This document shows, one piece after another, positions 1 through 12,240 of a DNA stretch of 64,000 bases. The position numbers and the translations under genes are program-made. Source of the DNA: Octopus vulgaris (Eukaryota); the NCBI GenBank assembly GCA_951406725.2, contig OX597823.1, positions 496,001 through 560,000 on the forward strand, given 5' to 3'. The number at the start of each line of letters is the position of its first letter. Within the stretch, counting starts at the first letter, position 1. The notes under the pieces are model-generated. The model was given only the letters and a program-made list of their open reading frames with translations. It had not been told where the DNA came from and did no database searches.

Positions 1-284
1 CAAGGCAGAGAGACACGAGTGCACACGCACGCACACACACACTGGTCTTCTTTCAGTTTAAGTCTACTCACAAAGCTTTAATTGGTCTAGAGTTATTGAA
101 AACTCTTGCTCAAGGTGCCATGAAGTAAAACTGAAGCTACATAGATCTGAAGTGAATTTCTAAACCAGACATCCATGCCTGATTAAGTTTGCATGAAAAG
201 AAATGAAAACACAATAACCCTTCCAAAAAATAAGAATATTTTCAGAAAATAAAAACCAACAAGATTACGACTGGGAGATAACAG

Positions 285-720
285 CTTACTCAACGTAGCT
301 GTCCTCCGCTTCCACCATGACCACAACATAGCTCTAGAGCCTGTTGCATGCATTCCTCACCTTTCCCTGGAAAAATCTTCGAAAACCTTCTTGATCTTGG
401 CCAGCAGCTCAACCCGGATGTTGCAGGCAGAGCAGTTGGTGCCTTTTCTCATCTGCACTCCACTCCCACAGAGTAATCTCAAGGATTACAACTGGAGGGA
501 ATTAGAAGGCTAGACATTGGGGCTGGTGAAGTCACTAAAGTTCTCCAACAAGCACTTCTTACTCTTCCAGGAGGTATGGCAAGAAGCCAAATCCTGCTGC
601 CACACATATGGCTTTCCAGTAGCAACACTCCCTAACCAGGAATTGATCACAGTTTCCAGCAGTTACACATAGCCATCTGAATTGAAAGGTGTGTCTGAAG
701 AAAGTAATTCAACATAAGAC
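285..720 (-). pseudogene. IS630-Tc1-mariner transposase C-terminal relic, DD37D (maT-like)
   Basis: Manual minus-strand translation gives LETVINSWLGSVATGKPYVWQQDLASCHTSWKSKKCLLENFSDFTSPNV*PSNS/CNP*DY. This matches the QQDxAxxH...WPPNSPDxNPLD catalytic region with about 37 residues between the last two Asp. It contains stops and a frameshift. Confidence 0.85.
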
Positions 721-789
721 GTGTGGCCAGAACCTCCTGGAAAATATTCATAGCAAGGTTCATTCTACAGTTGAATTGGAACAATCAAA

Positions 790-2348
790 ATGAGTGATAG
801 GCATGAAGAGGACAAAGATTAAGTGGCCGAAAGCAAATGATGCAGCGAGTTATAAAAAAATTTGACAGCGAGGTAGCAAGAATGACCACCAAATTCAAAG
901 ACGACGACGAACAAAAGCTGGAAAACCTGGTTAATACAATCTACCAGGAAGGAGAGAAAAGATTTGGACTGGAAACAACGGGGAAGGTAGAATCAACAGT
1001 AAAGAGCTGACCATCGAGGAGAGAAAGATGGATAGCAAAGATTTGAGAAGAGAAGAAAGATAGAGGGATGTAAAGGAGGAGGAAAGAGAAGGGCTAAAGC
1101 AGCTATATGAAGAGATAAAAAGGAGGCATTGAGATCTTCTAAGAAAACAAAGAAGGGGGAGCAGAAGAAAGGAGAGAGAAAAGAACTATCGTAGCTTTGT
1201 GAACAATCCCTATCAATATGCGAAACATCTATTTACTGAAAGTAAAAGCAGAAAAATGAATTGCACGAAAGAAGAGCTCGAACAACATCTGAAAGAGACG
1301 GAAAACTAAGGCACGCAGATGTAGTCGGAGCGACACAACCCACAAGAAGCAAGAGCCGGCCTAGGGTCGCACAATTTCAGGCCATTTTGCAAGAGCAGTA
1401 TAAAAGAGATGAAAGAGGCAGTGGTATACGAAGTGAGAAAGGAGGAAGAAGAAAGGCAAAATGTACATTTGGCGCAATGTAGTCAAAAGGGACAGTGCCT
1501 GAGATGGGAGGAATATGTGATCAACCGCAGAATATCATGGAAGGAACTTTGGGCTTGGGAACAAGCAAGAACATCCTTCCTGTTCAAGTCTACCTTCGAC
1601 GTTCTACCCTCACCGGCAAACTTAGTCCGATGGAACATAAAAACAACCGATGAGTGTAGATGCGGAGAGAAAGCGACAGTCAGACATGTTCTGTCAAATT
1701 GCAGACTAGCACTTGAAAGATATACATGGCGGCATAATCAAGTCCTCGGCGTCATTAAGCACAGCACTCAAGAAGATCGGGAGGTACAATAGGGGAGAAT
1801 ACCCAAAAGTAGAAAAGCGCAGGAAAGTATACTTCCACAAGGCGGGAAAAGGTTATAAAACCAGGCCTACAAGTAAAGTATACGAGATAGACGAAAGATG
1901 GAAGGGATACTGGGAGGTGGCCACGGACTTGGAAAGACTAGTAATATTTCCGCTAATGAAAACAACAAAAAGACCGGATTTAGTCCTATGGGACAGAGAC
2001 CGGAGAATAGGAATTTTACTAGAACTAACAGTACCTTGGGAAGAGAACATCGGCAATGCAGAGAAATGTAAGGAGAAGAGATACGAAAAGCTAATCGAAG
2101 AATGCAGAGAACAGGGATGGAATGTCGAGTATTACCACCTAGCAGTGGGGGCTAGGGGCTTCATTGAAAAAAAAATGACAACGCTTTTCAAAAGAAGATT
2201 TGTTTTTTCTAGCTCGGAGCTGCGAAAACTAATAAGGAGAGTACAGGAGGCGGTCGTAAAAGCCAGCTTCTATATATGGCTGAAGCGGGAAGACCGAAAA
2301 TGGCTTGAAAGTCATAACATGCCGGCGGGAAATAAAATCATTAGGTGA
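790..2348 (+). mobile_element. HERO-like RLE non-LTR retrotransposon with RT domain deleted
   Basis: ORFs 1409-1792 and 1713-2348 carry FDVLPSPANLVRW, a CxCG...HVLSNC zinc knuckle, RYTWRHNQVL and the restriction-like endonuclease RPDLVLW...LELTVPWEEN. Upstream sequence (IKWPKAND...NNPYQYAKHLF...LEQHLKET) is the pre-RT region and joins post-RT sequence near 1300. Confidence 0.8.
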
Positions 2349-2843
2349 GACAAGCTGACACTGAATCAGCTTCGCTAACTGACAGGTGATGGTCGTTTAG
2401 AGAATGCGTGGGCTAAGACTACGCGCCTTCACTAGTCAGTTAAAGTTGAGTCACTGTCACGTGACAACTTGCTGGGACTGCCTGCTGGAGCCTAGCAGCA
2501 AGTAGTTAAAGGGAAATTTGACAAGACAGTCTGTCGCCCGCTGACATTACATCAAAGAGGCCAAAGAACAGAAGAAAGAAGACATACACCCAACACCAGA
2601 GCTGAAGACACCTCCGAAAGGAGGGGGGGGGGCTACCACGTCAAAACGGTAGAGGAGTAGGGGCTGAAACCAGATGTGGTTCCTCCTGGTGATGTCTTGA
2701 GCTAACTGGATCCTATAAAGGAGCTGTTGTGGTAGCAGACCACAAAACAAAGTTGAAATTCCTCCTCCTTTTGCAAAACTTACCTACCAACAACAGGATA
2801 CTCAGCTAGTGTGTGTGTATGTGTGTCTGTCCGTCTTTTTGTC

Positions 2844-2880
<37 letters not shown>

Positions 2881-2885
2881 TTTTT

Positions 2886-3103
2886 ATCCTTTTACTTGTT
2901 CCAGTCATTTGACTGCGGCCATGATGGAGCACCACCATTAGTCAAGCAAATCGACCCAAGGTCATACTCTTTGTAAGCCTAGTACTTATTCTATCAGTTT
3001 CTTAGCTGAACTGCTAACATACAGGGACGTAAACACACCAGCATTGGTTGTCAAGTGCTGTTGGGGGGACAAACACAGACACACATATCTATATCTATCT
3101 ATC

Positions 3104-3145
<42 letters not shown>

Positions 3146-3612
3146 CTAGAAATATGTTACAAAAAGAAAATAGAAACTACACGAGGTAATGTAAGGGGAA
3201 AGTAAGAAAAATAAATGAAAATGCACATTATAAATCAAAAAAAGTAAAGGCTTTTTATGAAAAGTAACGAAAGATGTATACAATTAGATGAACTGAGGTA
3301 AAAGTATTATAAAAGTCATTATTGTGAATTGTTAAAGAGATTCAAAAGCATACCGGTTTTGTAAGTTACTAATCATTTAACAATTCAGCAATGATTAGTA
3401 ACTTACAATTAGTAACTTATGAAACTGGTATGTTTGAATCTCTTTAACAATTCACAATAATGACTTTTATTACTTTTATTCCTACCTCAGTTCATCTAAT
3501 TGTATATATCTTTCATTACTTTTCATAAAAAGCCTTTACTTTTTTTTGATTTACAATGTGCAATTTTGCTTATTTTTCTTACTTTCCCCCTATATATATG
3601 TATATATATGTG

Positions 3613-3660
<48 letters not shown>

Positions 3661-3790
3661 TTACTGTTTACCAAATCCACTCACAAGGGTTTGGTTGGCC
3701 TGAGACTATAGTATGAGACACTTGCCTAAGGTGCCATGCAGTGGGACTGAACTCAGAACCATGTGGTCGGTAAGCAAGCTACTTATCACA
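2886..3790 (-). mobile_element. tRNA-derived SINE (same family as 58249-58678), split at its internal (TA)n by a fold-back insertion
   Basis: 2886-3085 is the reverse complement of the SINE 3' half and 3655-3790 is the reverse complement of the head (gtgccatgcagtgggactgaactcagaaccatgtgg). Confidence 0.85.
3195..3590. repeat. Long imperfect inverted repeat (~180-bp arms), probable Penelope-like pseudo-LTR fold-back
   Basis: ggggaaagtaagaaaa...gtaagttactaatcatt (3195-3377) is the reverse complement of aatgattagtaacttac...tttttcttactttcccc (3390-3590). It is flanked by (TA)n. Confidence 0.85.
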
Positions 3791-3859
3791 TTCCTGCAAG
3801 ATAGCTTGCTGAGTGCCACAGACTAAATAGTGCAAAGTCCCTTCCAGACCTATGGTAAT

Positions 3860-5925
3860 GTGGTGGTAGAACAATACTGTAGACAGGGCCATTCAAGCAA
3901 AGAAACAGGCCTGGAAGAGAGGGGGCAGCAGGGAACAGTATCAGATAGCCAGAAGGGAAGCTAGGAGACAGGTATATATAGCCAAAGGAGAAGCAGAAAA
4001 GAAGAAGTTTGCCTATGCTCACCGCTGAGGACCAAAGAACTGAAGTATTTTGGATTACAAGACAGTGTGTAAGAGAAAATTGTGATGTGAGAGAAATGAA
4101 TCCACATGGATGATGGTGCACTTACTTTTAATGAGTCTGCAAAGAAAGAGGCTTGTAGGTGCCATTATGAAAGACTGCTGAACATGGAGAATGAACGGAA
4201 GGAGGAGAGTCTGCCAAATGTTGACCCAATTTAGGGACCAGCTACCTGAACCGACAGTACCCTGATAAATAAGCAATTAAGGATACAAAAACAGGGAAAG
4301 CCCCTGGCTCATCAGGAATCACCGCTGAGATGTTTAAAATATCTGGCAGTGTGGGTTATGGTCTAGTTACTTGTATTGCAAATTAGGTGGTTCATGAAAT
4401 AGTCATACTCAATGACTGGTGTAGCAGCACCAGAGTCAACTGCTACAAAGCTGAAGGTGATGTCTTAGATAGAAATAATTACAGAAGCATAACATTGTTG
4501 GATCAGGTTATGAAAGTTGCAGAAAGAGTCATAACCCAACTAATTAAGTAGAGAGTCAACTTGGATGAGATGCAATTTGGTTTTGTGCCAGGTGGAAGCA
4601 CTGCTGATGCTATATTTCTGGTAAGGCAGCTGCAGGAGAAATACCGAGCCAAGGATAAACATCTGTGCTAGGCTTTTGCTGACTTGGAGATAGCTTTTGA
4701 CAGAGTTCCCCGATCCCTTATGTGGTGGTCAATGCAGAAACTAGGGATAGATGAGTGGTTGGTGAGAGCTGTACAAGCCTTGTACAGGGACACTACAAGT
4801 AAGGTGAGGGTGGGCAATGAGTACAGCAAAGAATTCAGGATACAAGTAGGGGCTCACCAAGGATCAGCCCCCTCTTGTTCATCATAGTTCTCCAGACAAC
4901 AACAGAGGAATTCATGACAGGCTGCCCTTGGGCAAAGTTCAGAGACCTCCTAATCCTTATGGCAACAAAGGACCTCTCTCTCAGACAGAAAGGCAGACTG
5001 TTTGATGTCTGTGTGCAAACAGCTATGCTGCATGGCAGTGAAACATGGGCTATAACAGCCAAGGACATGTGTAGGCTTGAGAGAAATGAAACTAGTATGC
5101 TTCGCTAGATGTGCAATGTCAGTGTGCATGTTCAACAGAGTTTAAGCATCTTGAGAGAAAAGTTAGGCATAAGCAGAATCAGATGTGGTATGCAAGAGAG
5201 ACTACTTTGCTGGTATGGTCATGTGATGCATATGGATGAGGACAGCTGTGTAAAGAAGTGCCAATCTCTAACTGTGGAGGGAACATGTGGTAGAATGTAG
5301 ACCCAGGAAGACATGGGACGAGGTGGTGAAGCATGATCTTTGAACTTTGAGCCTCACAGAGACAATAACTAGTGACAAAGACCTTTGGCGATGTGCTGTG
5401 CTTGAGAGGACCCATCAAGCCAAGTGCACCAGTTGGGCCTGATGGAGGCAAAGTGGTTGAGTTCCTCTTGAGCATTGGGCCTGATGAAAGCAAAGTAGCT
5501 GAGTACCTTTCGAGCATTAGGCCTCATGGAGGCAAAGTGGCTGAGTTCCTTTTGAGTGTTGGGCCTCACGGAGGCGAGGTGGTCAAGTTCCTTCTGAGCG
5601 ATGGGCCTCATGGAGGCAGTTCCTTTCAAGTGTTGGACCTCATGGAGGCAATGACCAAGACTTTGGCATTACATTGTGCTTGAGAAGAAGACCTGTCAAG
5701 CCGAAGAAAATCACAGTTGTGGCAGATACTGGTGTCACACAAACTGGCATGTAAAAGCACCCATTACACTCCCAGAGTAGTTGGCATTAGGAAGAGATTC
5801 CAATCATAATAAACCATGCCAAATCAGACTGGAGTCTGGTGCAGACTTCCAGCATGCCAGCCCAGTCAAATATTTCCAACCCATGCCAGCATAGACAATG
5901 GACGTTAAATGATGATGATGATGAT
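3860..5925 (+). mobile_element. Degenerate RTE-clade LINE (RT region, repeat-containing 3' UTR, (GAT)n tail)
   Basis: Motifs GKAPG, NYRSITLL, QFGFVPG, AFDRVPR, QGS, MLHGSETW and GRxRPRKTW. The tail ends ggacgttaaatgatgatgat. An internal deletion near 4930 removes YADD. Confidence 0.9.
5430..5650 (+). repeat. ~45-bp tandem repeat (about 5 copies) in RTE 3' UTR
   Basis: Unit resembling tgggcctcatggaggcaaagtggctgagttcctyttgagcat, repeated. Confidence 0.85.
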
Positions 5926-6369
5926 ATATATATATAGTTCCAAAATAGTGCTTATAAAATACAGAACTTATTCCAAACGAACATTCAGACAATACAACAG
6001 ACACACATTACACACACACAGACATGATTATTTTTATACATATATATACATATATATAAATGTAAATAAAATCATGCATGGTTGTGTGTTTAAGAAGTTT
6101 GCTTTTCAACCACATGGCCTTGGGTTCAGACTTACTGCTTGGACAAATTCACACCTTCTGGACCAATTTTGTCCAATTTTGGTGGAGACTACAGTTAATT
6201 AGATTGTCCCTAAGAAAGCTGAAAGGTAGACTTGACTTTGGACAAGTGTCTTCTGCTACAGCCCAGGGCTGACCAAAACCTTGTAAGTGGTAGTTAGAAA
6301 TTGAAAGAAGTCTGTGGTGTGTATGTATGCATGTGTGTGCAGTGTTCATTTCCAGTCTTCTATGGAAAA

Positions 6370-7195
6370 CATCAAACCATGCTCTGTCTATGATCCAGCA
6401 TAGTTTGTTTTTTTCCTCATTTAAGACTATGTCCAGTCTCCTCTTCTCTATCTCATGGTCGCACTGAATCATAAAATCCCATAGTATCTTTCCATTTCTA
6501 TTTTTGACAATGCCTTCAGGTTTTTGGGCATACCAATTTTTTTGCTCTGTTAACTCCATACTTGTTGCAAAGTAACCAATGGACAAGCCTGGTCATATTG
6601 TCGTGGTGTCTCTTATATTCCTTCTGGGCTAGTGGCATAGGATGGTACTTTTCTGCAGGCTGACAACGTGAGTCTCAGTTCCAATATCTTCGTCTTTTAG
6701 CTGGCATTTCGAGTGCTGTGTCAAGAGCACCAATTACCACAGAAATAATTGCTGTCCTGGTCTTGTACTCTCTCCTCCTTTCTCTGGTTAGATCTTGATA
6801 TTTCTGCACTTTTTCCAACTTCTTTGGTACCAACTCTGCTATAATAGTGAACTGTAAAAGTCTATGACTGTATGTTGTTTATTTTGTCTTCTGTAACCAT
6901 ATCTGCTCTTCTTGCTTCAATAGTATGATCAGTTTTTAGGAGGGAGTCCATCAGATCCTGCAATTCTCATTCTCTGATGCAACCTCTCCTTCATATTCAT
7001 ACCACTTTCCTATTGTTTCAGCTAACATCATTAAACACTTTTGCACTCACACTCATTCTCTTCTAGTATGCTGCACTTACTCAAGAGATGAGTGATACTT
7101 TTATCTCCTTTCCTCATTTGCTGCCTGACTAAGTTTTGTTGACCTTTGCTTTTATCAGATCTGTCCTATTGGCTTGATTCTGAGTGGCTGCTATT
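6370..7195 (-). mobile_element. R4/Dong-type RLE retrotransposon remnants (two overlapping 3' fragments)
   Basis: Minus-strand ORF WYAQKPEGIVKNRNGKILWDFMIQCDHEIEKRRLDIVL...CWIID. A second decayed copy reads KTDHTIEARRADMV and AATQNQANRTDLIKAKV. It abuts an (ATT)n tract. Confidence 0.75.
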
Positions 7196-8877
7196 ATTAT
7201 TATTATTATTATTATCATTATTAATATTATAATTATTATTATTATTAAGTAATGAACATGTCTAAGCCAGTGTTAACATTTTAGACTATTTACTTTGAAG
7301 CACTGCTGAGTTGAAATTCAGATGTAATTGATAAGAAAACTAGTAGAGATAGAACTGGAGTCAAATCACAGCCGTATCTTTGCCATCAGAAAATTGTTTT
7401 GGGGCTTAAGGAAGATTCCTAACTTTGGCACAAGGTCATAAATTTTGAAGTAATTTCTTCAAAGATCATTAGTATTTCACTGGTAGTTTTTAAATTTTAT
7501 TTTATCAACCACAGAAGGATGAAAGGCAGCCCCTTTGGGAATTACTAAGTCAGAAGGAGAAGAGCAGCACTTATAACTATTTCCAAGGACTCCAGCATTT
7601 GAACTGAGAAGATAATAAGATACAACCTAAATATCGTAAAGCATTTTATTTGGTATTTTCCTGGTTCTGCCAAACGGTATTTTGTTGCATCCTTTTACAT
7701 TGAAAAGGAACTTCTACTTAGCTCAAGTTTACCTTTCAGCCTTCTTAGGGACAATCTAATTAACTGTAATCTCCACCAAAATGTATGGCGTTGTGCCTAT
7801 GTTACAATCTACCATTACTGAAGAGGTTATGTTTGATAGTGAAAAGAAATGATGGAAACTCAATCAATTAATTCTATAAGCCAGAGTAACTAAAAGAAAG
7901 AAGAGGAGTGATGGAAAAAAGTGATGAATGTATTTGGTGGAGATGGCTACAATAGGTATTCCTTTGCACTACAGTGTCTGAGGTTTTAAATGATTTCTTA
8001 GTAAGAAGAAGATTAACGGATGACTAGAACCAGATGCCAATAATAGTTAGAGGGTAACGCAGAAATAAACATAGAAAAAGGTAACCAACAACAAGTCTGT
8101 TAAAATTTAACAGAATAAATACTTTTAATTACTCAGCTTAGTCAAAATATTTTCTAATTAAAAGAGTAAAGAATATAATTATAAACAGAGATTATGCCAA
8201 GATCATAAAGCATTTATTCTCCATCTGTTTTGGGACCATTCCAATAAAAGCCTGTTCAATAAAGAGGATGATCACCACAATCAATATTATCAAGAATTGA
8301 GAGTTGGTATTTCAAGAACACTACACCTAGACGAGGGTTGAAGTTGTTTAGTCCAAGAGTTAGCCCTCAACAAGTAAACTTATGAAAAGAGCCCTTTCAG
8401 TTGTGATATCGTGCATTTTTAGGGTATATATGTGCTTTTCTGTGGTTGAAGGTTGTAAAACATAATTAGGGAAAATTCAGCCACTATTTCTAGCAAGTCA
8501 TATAACTGCACAGAAGCTGCATTGTTGGATGGCATAAAGTTTCCCACATTGGCTAAATACAAGAAAGGGTCTAAAGTGGTGGTCATAGGGAAACTGTGGA
8601 ATATATAGCTGTGAATTCTGATTTAATACAAATATATAATGTTCATGCTACTCCGATGGCCTTAGTGGTATAAACAGCCCCAACTAGCTTGTAACTCAGT
8701 TTGAAAATATGACTACCTTTGAAGGATGTCTATTTCAAAACAGGGCATTTCTTTAGAAGCAGAGGGATCAGAAGTCACACCCAAAATAATACAATTCATT
8801 TTGCCACAAAAGGATACATTAATATTTGTAAATTTTATATACTGGCCTTTATTGACACAGACCACCACTACCAGTTT

Positions 8878-10185
8878 AGACAAGTGGTTGGTGAGAGCTG
8901 TACAATCCATGTACAGGGATGCAGTCAGTAAGGTGAGGGTTGGCAATGAGTATAGCTATGAATTCAGGGTACAAGTAGGGTTCACCAGGGATTGGTCCTC
9001 AGCCCTCTCCTGTTCATCATAGTCTTCCAGGCAATAATAGAAGAATTTAAGACAGGCTGCCCCTGGGAACTCCTCTATGCTGATGATCTTGTTCTTATAG
9101 CTGAATCACTACCAGAACTAGAAGAAATTTCAGGTGTTGAAGCAAGGTCTAGAATCAAAGGGCCTTAAAGTTAGCCTAGCAAAAACCAAAGTCACAGGTA
9201 GATGGCCCTGCTCCATTTGTAGGAAAGCCATAGGTAGAAATTCTATAAAATGTACACAGTGCAAACTATGGACATATAAGAGGTGCAGCAATATCAGTGG
9301 AAGGTTAACTGGGAAAAAAATTTTTGTGTGTGGAAGGTGCACAGGTACAATAAACACTAAAAATGTACAAACGCCAGGGAGGTAGGCTAGGGGTAGTTGA
9401 TAGCTTCTGTTATCTAGGTGACTAAGTCAGTAGCGAAGGTGGATACTCTGAGAGCATAGCTGCAAGAATAAGAATAGGCTGGGCAAAGTTCAGAGAGCTC
9501 CTACCTCTGCTGGCAACAAAAGGCCTCTTCTTCAGTGTGAAAGGCAGATTGTATGATGTTTGTGTGTGAACAGCTATGTTGCACAGCAGTGAAACATAGG
9601 CTGTGACTGCTGAAGACATGTACAAGCTAACTGTGGAAGGAACCAAAGGAAGAGGTAGACTTAGGAAAACATGGGATGGGTTGGTGAAGCATGATATTTG
9701 AATGCTGAGCTTCATGGAGGCAATGACCCATGACTAAGACCTTTGGTGATACGCCATGCTTGAGAAGACCTGTCAAGCTAAGTGAAATCATAGTCATGGC
9801 CGATGCCAGTGTCAGGTAACTGGCACCTGTGCCAGTGATACGCAAAAAGCACCTTTCAAGTGTTGGGCCTCACAGAGGCAATGTGGCTGCTGCTGCTGGT
9901 GTTGTACAACTGGCACCTGTGCCAGTGACACATAAAAAGCAGCTTCCGAGCATTGGGTCACACAGAGGCAACAAATGCCTGAGTAGAAGACCCATCAAGC
10001 CAAGCGAAGTGATAGTCATGGCAGACACTAGTGTCATGTAAAAGCACTCTTGGAGTGATTGGCGTTAGGAAGGGCAAAGGGCATCCAACCATTGACTGGA
10101 GTCTGGTGTAGTCCTTCAGCTAGCTAGCCTTGATCAAACTGTCCAACTCATGCCAGCAGGGACAATGGACGTTAAATGATGATGA
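8878..10185 (+). mobile_element. Degenerate RTE-clade LINE 3' part with PHD-like finger
   Basis: CPWELLYADDLVL (~9060-9100), GLKVSLAKTKV, WPCSICRK...CTQCKLWTYKRC...CGRC, VVDSFCYLG, then the RTE tail with (GAT)n. Confidence 0.9.
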
Positions 10186-10339
10186 TTTGGGGTCGCAACT
10201 TAGTTTGCTAAAACCTTATTACTGTATTACAGTACCCATCACACATGGGAGACTACTATATTTATAAGAGCAGTAGTAGCAGTAGTATGGGGCCATGTGC
10301 TGTAACAGTATGTCACCACATCCACCATTTGTTGGTGAT

Positions 10340-10660
10340 TCCCTATGACTGCTGACGAATGACACCTTTGCACCACTTAGGCGACAACCTGACAACCCAT
10401 GGGTCTGTTTAGGTGGTCATTGTTGGTGAGGGTTTTATGTAGGCTGGAGTGCAATTTCTACCTCAACCGCATTTAGTCACCTTCTACATCAAGCAGAAGA
10501 ATGATTGGGTTTCTTCTTTCGACAGTCCCCCACACATCACTGTGAACAATGTGAAATGAAGTGTTTTGCTCAGGGCACAGCATAATACCACCTGGTTCAG
10601 GAACTGAACCCATGGTCTGGTGATTGCGAGTGCACCACCCTAACCACTGGGCTATACACC
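10340..10660 (-). mobile_element. tRNA-derived SINE remnant (second family)
   Basis: The reverse complement has box A/B-like motifs (tagcccagtggttagg...ggttcagttcc) followed by a CORE-like ctgagcaaaacacttc segment. Confidence 0.6.
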
Positions 10661-10818
10661 TTCATGTATATTTATACATAAAAGATTTTACATGCAACTA
10701 AAGTATTTCTAATATTTATTGCTCAATTTAATCAGCAATCCAATAGAGAAGATTTGAAAAGTGATTTTCAGAAATATTTTGTAAAGAAGCAACAATTATG
10801 GCAAGATGCATTGCTTAC

Positions 10819-10881
10819 CCACCAAAGCACCCACAACCAACTCTAACCTCTCCAGATCAATAACAAATCCATTTAAAATTT
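10819..10881 (-). other. Candidate 63-nt phase 1-1 cassette exon (EILNGFVIDLERLELVVGALV)
   Basis: aatag|AAATT...GGTGG|gtaagc, with an open frame and a length divisible by 3. The acceptor is weak and there is no homology evidence. Confidence 0.25.
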
Positions 10882-11704
10882 CTATTCCAATACGTTTCAG
10901 ACTCAAAGAAACAATTTTTTTAATTTGCTTTTCTTCAACATTTTGTGTAGATGTGTGCTTACATGTGTGCTTTATGTTTTTTATTGTACTAAAATCATGA
11001 ATCTATGAATCTAGAAATACACACGCAGCAGCAGCAGCAGCAGCAGCAGCAGCTGTAGTAAGAGTGATACAGACATCAGACTCATAGACTGAGTTTCTAT
11101 GCATTGTTGTTACAAATTATAATTTCAGCTCAAGTTGCCCTTTTAATATACACGAGGAAAATGTTTTAGAGGATTTTATTTGTTTTTATAAACTGCAGCA
11201 ATGATAGAAAGACAAATCAGGTTCTTCAGATGAAGATAGAGAAATGTCTTTGATTTTAGTAGTTTTTAATTGTTGAGAGGGAGAGGGAATAGCAAAGAAT
11301 GCAAGAGAATGAAGAGAGAGGATAGCAAAGAGTGAGAGAGGGGGAGAGGAGACAGACAGGCAAAGGCAATAATGAAATGTTGCTTTATGATTTCTGATAA
11401 ATTGTCAAATCAACAAGTGTCTAACGACAATAAAAAAACCCAGTAGTAAACATGTCTGAATGATTTTTAACAGTCTGCCAGGCAATCTAGGAAATGGCTT
11501 TTAGTTACTATGGTCTGGCAGTTCCTAGTCTGCAGACAGAGGGCGGAATGATGCTATTATAAGAATGTAGTAGGCTGTATGGTGTAGCAGTGAAATCTCA
11601 GAGAACATAAGTTTGCAACGTAGATTCCTCGTAGGAACTGTTGCACTTCACCTATGTCACCAATGCTACAGGGGGAAAAGCATCAATATTTCTCTTGCCT
11701 CCTT

Positions 11705-11895
11705 AGCATGCCAGGCAAAATGCTTAGCAGCATTTCATCTATTATTACATTCTAAGTTCAAATTCCACTGAGGTTGACTTTGCTTTCCATCCTTTTAGGG
11801 TCATTAGAATTAGAACCAATTGAGCAGTGGGGCTGATGTAATCGACTTAGCCACTTCCCCAGAATTGCTGGCCTTGTACCAAAATTTGAAATCAA
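11705..11895 (+). mobile_element. SINE remnant (family also at 15455-15610 +, 38380-38585 -, 7430-7680 -)
   Basis: gttcaaattcc...gaggttgactttgctttccatcctttt...gatgtaatcgactt...ggccttgtaccaaaatttgaaa recurs in the window. Confidence 0.7.
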
Positions 11896-11999
11896 TATTT
11901 CTGTTCCCTTCAAAACCTTAAGTCAATAACAATAACCAGTAACATTGTTCAAGTTTTAGGGTTGAGTAAATTCACTCTGTTTAAATTCATAAGCTTTTA

Positions 12000-12240
12000 C
12001 ATCATCATCATCATCATCATCATTTAACATCTGTTTTCCATGCTGGCATGGGTTGGATGGCTTGAGAGGAACTGGCAAGGCCAGGAGCAGCAACTGATTC
12101 CATAGTCTGTTTTGGCATAGTTTCTATGGCTGGATGCCCTTCCTAATACCAGATGCATTACAGAGTGTACTGGGTGCTTTTTATGACACCAGCACTAGTG
12201 CATTTTATGGGGCACCAGTGCCTTTTAAGTGGTACCAGCA
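12000..12240 (-). mobile_element. RTE 3' tail fragment
   Basis: (CAT)n followed by ttaacatctgttttccatgctggcatgggttggatgg...ggctggatgcccttcctaa, the reverse complement of the RTE tail. Confidence 0.85.

Noticed and set aside
2660-2720. Possible hammerhead (ctgaaacc...ggttc...ctggtga)
   Set aside because: The core is mutated and no stem I or stem II can be formed convincingly.
5369-5683. Repetitive-peptide ORFs on both strands, with repeats superficially like a CRISPR array
   Set aside because: They are translations of a 45-bp tandem repeat in an RTE 3' UTR. There are no unique spacers and no cas genes, and the context is eukaryotic.
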